A stretch of DNA of 64,000 nucleotides from Clostridia bacterium (lineage in GTDB: Bacteria > Bacillota > Clostridia > Oscillospirales > CAG-272), in the NCBI GenBank assembly GCA_017463485.1, contig JAFTPD010000002.1:321870-385869 (forward strand), given 5' to 3'. Under the pieces are notes generated by a model. That model did not search any database. It saw only the letters and a list, made by a program, of their open reading frames with translations, and was not told the DNA's origin. A program made the translations under genes and the position numbers. Shown here piece by piece: positions 59,630 to 64,000 of the stretch (its first letter is position 1; the number at the start of each line of letters is the position of its first letter).

Positions 59630-59658
59630 TTGTACTTTGCGAAAAAATGTGGTATAAT
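59630..59658 (+). promoter_or_regulatory. Sigma-A-type promoter for apgM-lepB-rbgA-rnhB-yraN
   Basis: The sequence is TTGTAC, 17 nt, TATAAT, with a TGg extended -10. Confidence 0.55.
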
Positions 59659-59701
59659 AGTGTGATTTGATATTTGTTTAATGAAAGGTTCGGTAACATA
59701 C

Positions 59702-60913
59702 ATGAAATATCTAGTACTCATTCCCGACGGCATGGCGGATGAAAAAATAGAAGCACTTGGCAACAAAACACCAATGGAAGCAGCTGACAAGCCCACAATG
59801 GACGCGCTTGCCAAGGTATCCACAGTCGGCACCGTTCTCAACGTACCCGTTGGCATGGTACCCGAGAGCGATACGGCTAACATGGCAATTCTCTCCTTCG
59901 ATCCCAAGGTATATTCCCACGGTCGCTCCCCTCTTGAGGCGCTGAGCATGGGACTTGACATGGCGGATGACGAGGTGGCTATCCGCTGTAACGTGGTAAC
60001 TCTCTCCGACGAGCCCGAGGAGTATGACGACAAGACCATGCTCGATCACAGTGCTGATGAGATCACGACCGCAGAGGCTGACGAGCTGATCCGTGCGCTT
60101 GATGCGGAGCTTGGCGACGAAATCCGCAAATTCCACACCGGTGTCAGCTACCGTCACTGCCTTATCTGGAAAAATTGCGACGAGCATTACGATTTTTCCC
60201 GTCCGCACGACATTATCGGACGCAAGATAAAGGACTACCTGCCCAAAGCTGAGAACGGCGGTGCGGAGTTCTACGAGCTTATGAAAAAGAGCTACGATAT
60301 CCTCAACCGTCACCCTGTAAACGAAGCGCGTCGTGCGCGCGGACTCAAGCCCGCTAACTCCGCATGGCTGTGGAGTCCCGGAAAGAAGCCTCAGCTTCCC
60401 AATTTCCGCGACAAGTGGGGTATTGACGGAACAGTCATCTCCGCCGTTGACCTTATCAAGGGTATCGGTCTTTGCGCGGGTATGAAATCTGTGGACGTCG
60501 AGGGTGCAACGGGTAACGTACATACCAACTACGACGGCAAGGCACAGGCGGCTATCAATGCTTTCCGCGACGGTGCTGATTTCGTTTACGTTCACGTTGA
60601 AGGTCCCGACGAGTGCGGTCACAGAGCGGAGACTGAGAACAAGGTACTCTCCATTGAGCTTATCGACAAAAAGATACTTGCCCCCGTTTACGAATACCTC
60701 AAGGGCTGCGGAGAGGATTTCAAGATACTCCTGCTCCCCGACCATCCCACGCCCATTCGTATCCGCACTCACTCCTCCGATCCAGTTCCCTTCTTCCTAT
60801 ACGAGTCGGGCAAGACCTCGGCGGGCGTCGACGGCTTCTGCGAGGACACGGCGCGAGCGACGGGTCTTTACATTCCCCACGGTCACACTCTCCTTGAAAA
60901 TATGATCAAATAA
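59702..60913 (+). CDS. apgM: Cofactor-independent phosphoglycerate mutase, archaeal ApgM-type (the family also contains proposed homoserine kinases)
   Basis: The motifs MKYLVLIPDGMAD, DTANMAILSFDP, VHVEGPDECGH and LLLPDHPTP are present. Confidence 0.8.
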   Translation: MKYLVLIPDGMADEKIEALGNKTPMEAADKPTMDALAKVSTVGTVLNVPVGMVPESDTANMAILSFDPKVYSHGRSPLEALSMGLDMADDEVAIRCNVVTLSDEPEEYDDKTMLDHSADEITTAEADELIRALDAELGDEIRKFHTGVSYRHCLIWKNCDEHYDFSRPHDIIGRKIKDYLPKAENGGAEFYELMKKSYDILNRHPVNEARRARGLKPANSAWLWSPGKKPQLPNFRDKWGIDGTVISAVDLIKGIGLCAGMKSVDVEGATGNVHTNYDGKAQAAINAFRDGADFVYVHVEGPDECGHRAETENKVLSIELIDKKILAPVYEYLKGCGEDFKILLLPDHPTPIRIRTHSSDPVPFFLYESGKTSAGVDGFCEDTARATGLYIPHGHTLLENMIK

Positions 60914-60926
60914 TGGAGTAATCACT

Positions 60927-61535
60927 ATGCAAGATCAGGAATTCAATCTTCCCGAGGGCACCGACACAGAAGGCACGCGCGGCGGTATCGTTTCTGCGCT
61001 ATTTGACGTTGTGGAGATACTTGCCTTCTCCCTTTTGACGGCGCTTGTAATATTCACTTGCTTTTTCCGCCTTTGCCGAGTCAGCGGTGCTTCTATGAAC
61101 AACACCTTCCTTGACGGTCAGCTTCTGGTGACTCATAACGTTTTTTACACTCCCGAGCAGGGTGACGTTATAGTTTTCCACATGACAAGCGACAAGGTAC
61201 CAAGATACAACGAGCCTATGATAAAGCGTGTTATCGCCACCGAGGGACAGACGGTAAGAATAGACTACGGCGCAAAGCAGGTTTACGTTGACGGAGTCGC
61301 TCTTGAGGAGGACTACGTTCATCTGCTTTACGACAAATACTATCTTGCCCCCGACTACGGCTTTGACCATCAAAGCGGTATTTTCGAAGCCACCGTTCCC
61401 GAGGGACATCTGTTCGTTATGGGTGATAACCGCAACAACTCTGCCGACAGCCGTCAGTCTGAGATAGGATTTATCGATCGGCGACGTATTCTCGGCAAGG
61501 TCATCCTTCGCGTTGCCCCCTTCACTACCTACTGA
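60927..61535 (+). CDS. lepB: Signal peptidase I
   Basis: The catalytic Ser lies in SGASMNNTF and the catalytic Lys in IKRVIATEGQ. The motif GDNRNNSADSR is present. Confidence 0.9.
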   Translation: MQDQEFNLPEGTDTEGTRGGIVSALFDVVEILAFSLLTALVIFTCFFRLCRVSGASMNNTFLDGQLLVTHNVFYTPEQGDVIVFHMTSDKVPRYNEPMIKRVIATEGQTVRIDYGAKQVYVDGVALEEDYVHLLYDKYYLAPDYGFDHQSGIFEATVPEGHLFVMGDNRNNSADSRQSEIGFIDRRRILGKVILRVAPFTTY

Positions 61536-61550
61536 TAAAGGACGCATATT

Positions 61551-62420
61551 ATGCCAAGTGAAAATATTCAATGGTTTCCGGGGCACATGGCGAAAACTCG
61601 CCGATTGATCGCGGATAACCTGAAAAACGTTCATATCATTATCGAAATCCTTGACGCGCGTATTCCGCTGAGCTCACGAAACCCCGAGCTTCGCCGACTT
61701 ACGGGCGACAAGCCCACCATCCTTTTGCTCAACAAGGCTTCCCTTGCAGATCCTGCGAAAAATCGCGAATTCGTCAAGGCTTACACCGATAAAAACACGC
61801 TTTGTATTCTTACCGACTGCATAACGGGCGAGGGTATCAACCGCCTCCCCGACGCGGTGCGCGATATTCTTCGCGACAGAGTGGAGCGATACGAGGAAAA
61901 AGGTATGGCAGGACGTCACCTGCGCGCCATGGTCGTGGGTATCCCCAACGTGGGAAAATCCACGCTTATCAATAAAATCTGCGGCTCGACCAAGGCAAAG
62001 ACCGAAAACCGTCCCGGCGTTACCCGCGACAAACAATGGGTGACTACCCGATTCGGACTTGATCTGCTTGATATGCCGGGTGTGCTGTGGCCAAAATTTG
62101 AGGACAAAATTATCGGTGAAAATCTTGCGCTTACGGGTGCTATCAAGGACGATATCCTTGACGTGGAGCAGCTTGGCTGTATCCTCTGCCGACGCATGCG
62201 TCAGCTTTATCCCGAAAATCTGGCGGCGCGCTACAAGCTCCCCGAGGACGGCTCGTGGCGTGAGCTTGACGACTACGACTTGCTGACACTTATCGGCAGA
62301 CGGCGCGGTTGCCTTATTTCGGGCGGCGAGGTGGACACCGAGCGCGCGGCTAATCTCGTTGTGGACGAATTCCGCGCGGGCAAGCTGGGACGTGTGACTA
62401 TCGACACCCTTCCCGAATAA
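61551..62420 (+). CDS. rbgA: Ribosome biogenesis GTPase A (YlqF/RbgA), circularly permuted GTPase
   Basis: The sequence [10 protein letters not shown] is present, and NKASLAD (G4) precedes [13 protein letters not shown] (G1). Confidence 0.9.
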   Translation: MPSENIQWFPGHMAKTRRLIADNLKNVHIIIEILDARIPLSSRNPELRRLTGDKPTILLLNKASLADPAKNREFVKAYTDKNTLCILTDCITGEGINRLPDAVRDILRDRVERYEEKGMAGRHLRAMVVGIPNVGKSTLINKICGSTKAKTENRPGVTRDKQWVTTRFGLDLLDMPGVLWPKFEDKIIGENLALTGAIKDDILDVEQLGCILCRRMRQLYPENLAARYKLPEDGSWRELDDYDLLTLIGRRRGCLISGGEVDTERAANLVVDEFRAGKLGRVTIDTLPE

Positions 62421-62442
62421 ATCTTTATAACTTGGAGGACGT

Positions 62443-63078
62443 ATGCCGGATTACAGCATTGAACAGGAACTTAATACTCTTGGATTTGGCGCGGTTTGCG
62501 GAGTTGACGAGGCGGGGCGAGGCCCTCTTTGCGGCTCTGTCGTTGCAGCAGCGTGCATACTTCCCGACGGACTTTATATTGAAGGTCTTAACGATTCCAA
62601 AAAGCTGACGGCTAAGCGCCGAGAAGCTTTGTTTGACGTAATTTGCGAGAATGCTATCGCCTTTGGTATCGGCGAGGGTACGGTTGAGGAGATAGATTCG
62701 CTCAACATTCTTGAAGCCGATCTATTAGCCATGCGACGCGCTATTGAAAACCTGCATACACTGTCAGGGGAGCGCGTGAAGGCGGATTTTGCTATAATCG
62801 ACGGCAATATTGCGCGTGATTTTCAGATTCCCGCGAAGGCTGTCATCAAGGGTGACGCGCTTTCCATGTCCATTGCGGCGGCGTCCGTGCTTGCCAAGGT
62901 CACACGTGACCGACTGTGCGAGGAATACGACAAGGCGTACCCGCAGTATCAGATAGCCAAGCACAAGGGATATGGCACCAAACTCCACATGGATCTTTTG
63001 CGCGAGCACGGTCCTTCTCCCATTCACAGAAAAAAATTCGTGAGATTTCTTGACGAGCGGACGGACGGAAATGATTAA
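62443..63078 (+). CDS. rnhB: Ribonuclease HII
   Basis: The motifs GVDEAGRGPLCGSVVAAA, DSKKLT and GYGT are present. Confidence 0.9.
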   Translation: MPDYSIEQELNTLGFGAVCGVDEAGRGPLCGSVVAAACILPDGLYIEGLNDSKKLTAKRREALFDVICENAIAFGIGEGTVEEIDSLNILEADLLAMRRAIENLHTLSGERVKADFAIIDGNIARDFQIPAKAVIKGDALSMSIAAASVLAKVTRDRLCEEYDKAYPQYQIAKHKGYGTKLHMDLLREHGPSPIHRKKFVRFLDERTDGND

Positions 63079-63505
63079 GCTGTTTTCACGCTTTTGTAAA
63101 AAGTCTGCCGAGAAGGAAAAGGCGGAGCACAAGGCAAAAATCGGACGGCTCGGCGAGGACGTTGCGGCTGAATTTTTTGTCAGCAAAGGATATTCCGTTG
63201 TAGCACGCAATCTGCATATTTCCCATCTCGAAATAGACCTCATAGTCGAGGACACAAGCTTTCTCGTTTTCGTGGAGGTCAAAGCGCGTACCGCACAGTA
63301 CAATGGTGCGTCACGCTACGGCAGACCCGCATCTGCTGTCGACTCCAAAAAGCGAGCGCGTATTGCCGCGGCGGCAGAGGAATATTTAAGACAAAATCCC
63401 ACGGATAAGCAACCGCGTATCGACGTGCTTGAGGTGTACGTCGGCAAAGACGGTACACTGCCCAAGGTCTTGCATATCCGAAATGCATTCGGTGCGCAAG
63501 GATAA
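63071..63505 (+). CDS. yraN: YraN-family (UPF0102) endonuclease-like protein
   Basis: The motifs GRLGEDVAAEFFVSKGYSVVARN, EIDLIVED and FVEVK are present. The gene overlaps rnhB by 8 nt. Confidence 0.8.
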   Translation: MIKLFSRFCKKSAEKEKAEHKAKIGRLGEDVAAEFFVSKGYSVVARNLHISHLEIDLIVEDTSFLVFVEVKARTAQYNGASRYGRPASAVDSKKRARIAAAAEEYLRQNPTDKQPRIDVLEVYVGKDGTLPKVLHIRNAFGAQG

Positions 63506-63526
63506 CTGTTTTTACGGAGATCTTAT

Positions 63527-64000
63527 ATGAAGCTCTCACTTATTGATTCTCACTGCGACACGGCTTACGAGCTATTTTTGCGTGGTGAAAATATCCAAAG
63601 CAACACCTGCCACATCTCGCTCGACGGCTTTTCGGCGTTTGACCGCAAGGCTCAGCTTTTTGCGATATGGAGCGACAGGCGTTACAGTGACGAGGAGTGC
63701 TTTTCGCGCTTTCTGGCGGCGGCGGATAATTTCAGATCCGATGTTCAACGCCACCGTGACGGAATTTCACTTGTGTCGGATGCGGACGGCTTTGCGGCGG
63801 CGTGGGAGTCTGGCAAGCTTGCCGCAATCCCTGCCGTTGAGGACGCACGACTGCTCGGCAAAGAGCTGTCGCGCATGGACGTTCTCAAAGCATACGGAGT
63901 CAAGTATCTGACTCTCACGTGGAGCGGCGAGAGCTGTATCGGCGGAGCGCACGACACGGAGGCGGGGCTTACCGATTTTGGTCGTCGGGTGGTCGAGCGT
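63527..64000 (+). CDS. Membrane-dipeptidase-family (peptidase M19) protein, N-terminal part; runs off the window
   Basis: My own translation from the ATG at 63527 gives MKLSLIDSHCDTAYELF...VKYLTLTWSGESCIGGAHD...GLTDFGRRVVER. It is open to the window end and is absent from the ORF track, which lists a different frame. Confidence 0.7.
   Translation, partial: MKLSLIDSHCDTAYELFLRGENIQSNTCHISLDGFSAFDRKAQLFAIWSDRRYSDEECFSRFLAAADNFRSDVQRHRDGISLVSDADGFAAAWESGKLAAIPAVEDARLLGKELSRMDVLKAYGVKYLTLTWSGESCIGGAHDTEAGLTDFGRRVVER

Overview
The window is a 64-kb chromosomal segment from a moderately GC-rich, endospore-forming Firmicute. Class Clostridia and an Oscillospiraceae/Ruminococcaceae-like gene order are inferences from gene content only. 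I call about 60 protein-coding genes. I found no rRNA, tRNA, CRISPR array, transposase or integrase. Most of the window is housekeeping: scpB-ytfJ-dacB-rluB; a DnaD/DnaC-like loader pair; rex; tsaD; yebC; argS; a ten-gene minus-strand operon nusB-(tsaD paralogue)-xseA-xseB-ispA-PAP2-tlyA-nadK-argR-recN; guaB; tadA; tsf-rpsB; a Clp ATPase; truA; spoIIID; rlmB; proC; apgM; and lepB-rbgA-rnhB-yraN. The stand-out is a low-GC island of about 5.6 kb (about 40.45-46.13 kb) lying between two convergent core genes, a DMT/EamA transporter and cvpA. Inverted copies of the same 25-nt hairpin core plus an 8-nt tail bound the island. It has its own consensus sigma-A-type promoter and three co-directional genes. 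The first encodes a 1,379-aa Sec-secreted protein with a beta-sandwich region, six QxW-type ricin-lectin subrepeats, an Ig-like module and a C-terminal LCAT-type lipase/acyltransferase domain (YDWR and SHSMGG motifs). The other two encode small membrane proteins of unknown function. I propose a lectin-targeted secreted lipase with dedicated membrane partners (immunity or maturation); this is an inference. Secondary oddities are listed here:
- a 10-TM P-type-ATPase homologue in which every catalytic motif is degenerate;
- an internally duplicated DUF1538 membrane protein coupled to a tandem P-II-like protein;
- a PocR-AraC regulator with an unrecognised TIM-barrel-like 633-aa protein and a DMT transporter;
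- a Clp ATPase whose N-domain is replaced by a Cys4 ribbon;
- a TsaD paralogue embedded in the nusB-xseA operon;
- tandem CNNM/CorC paralogues.
All domain calls rest on motifs read by eye. No database search was possible.
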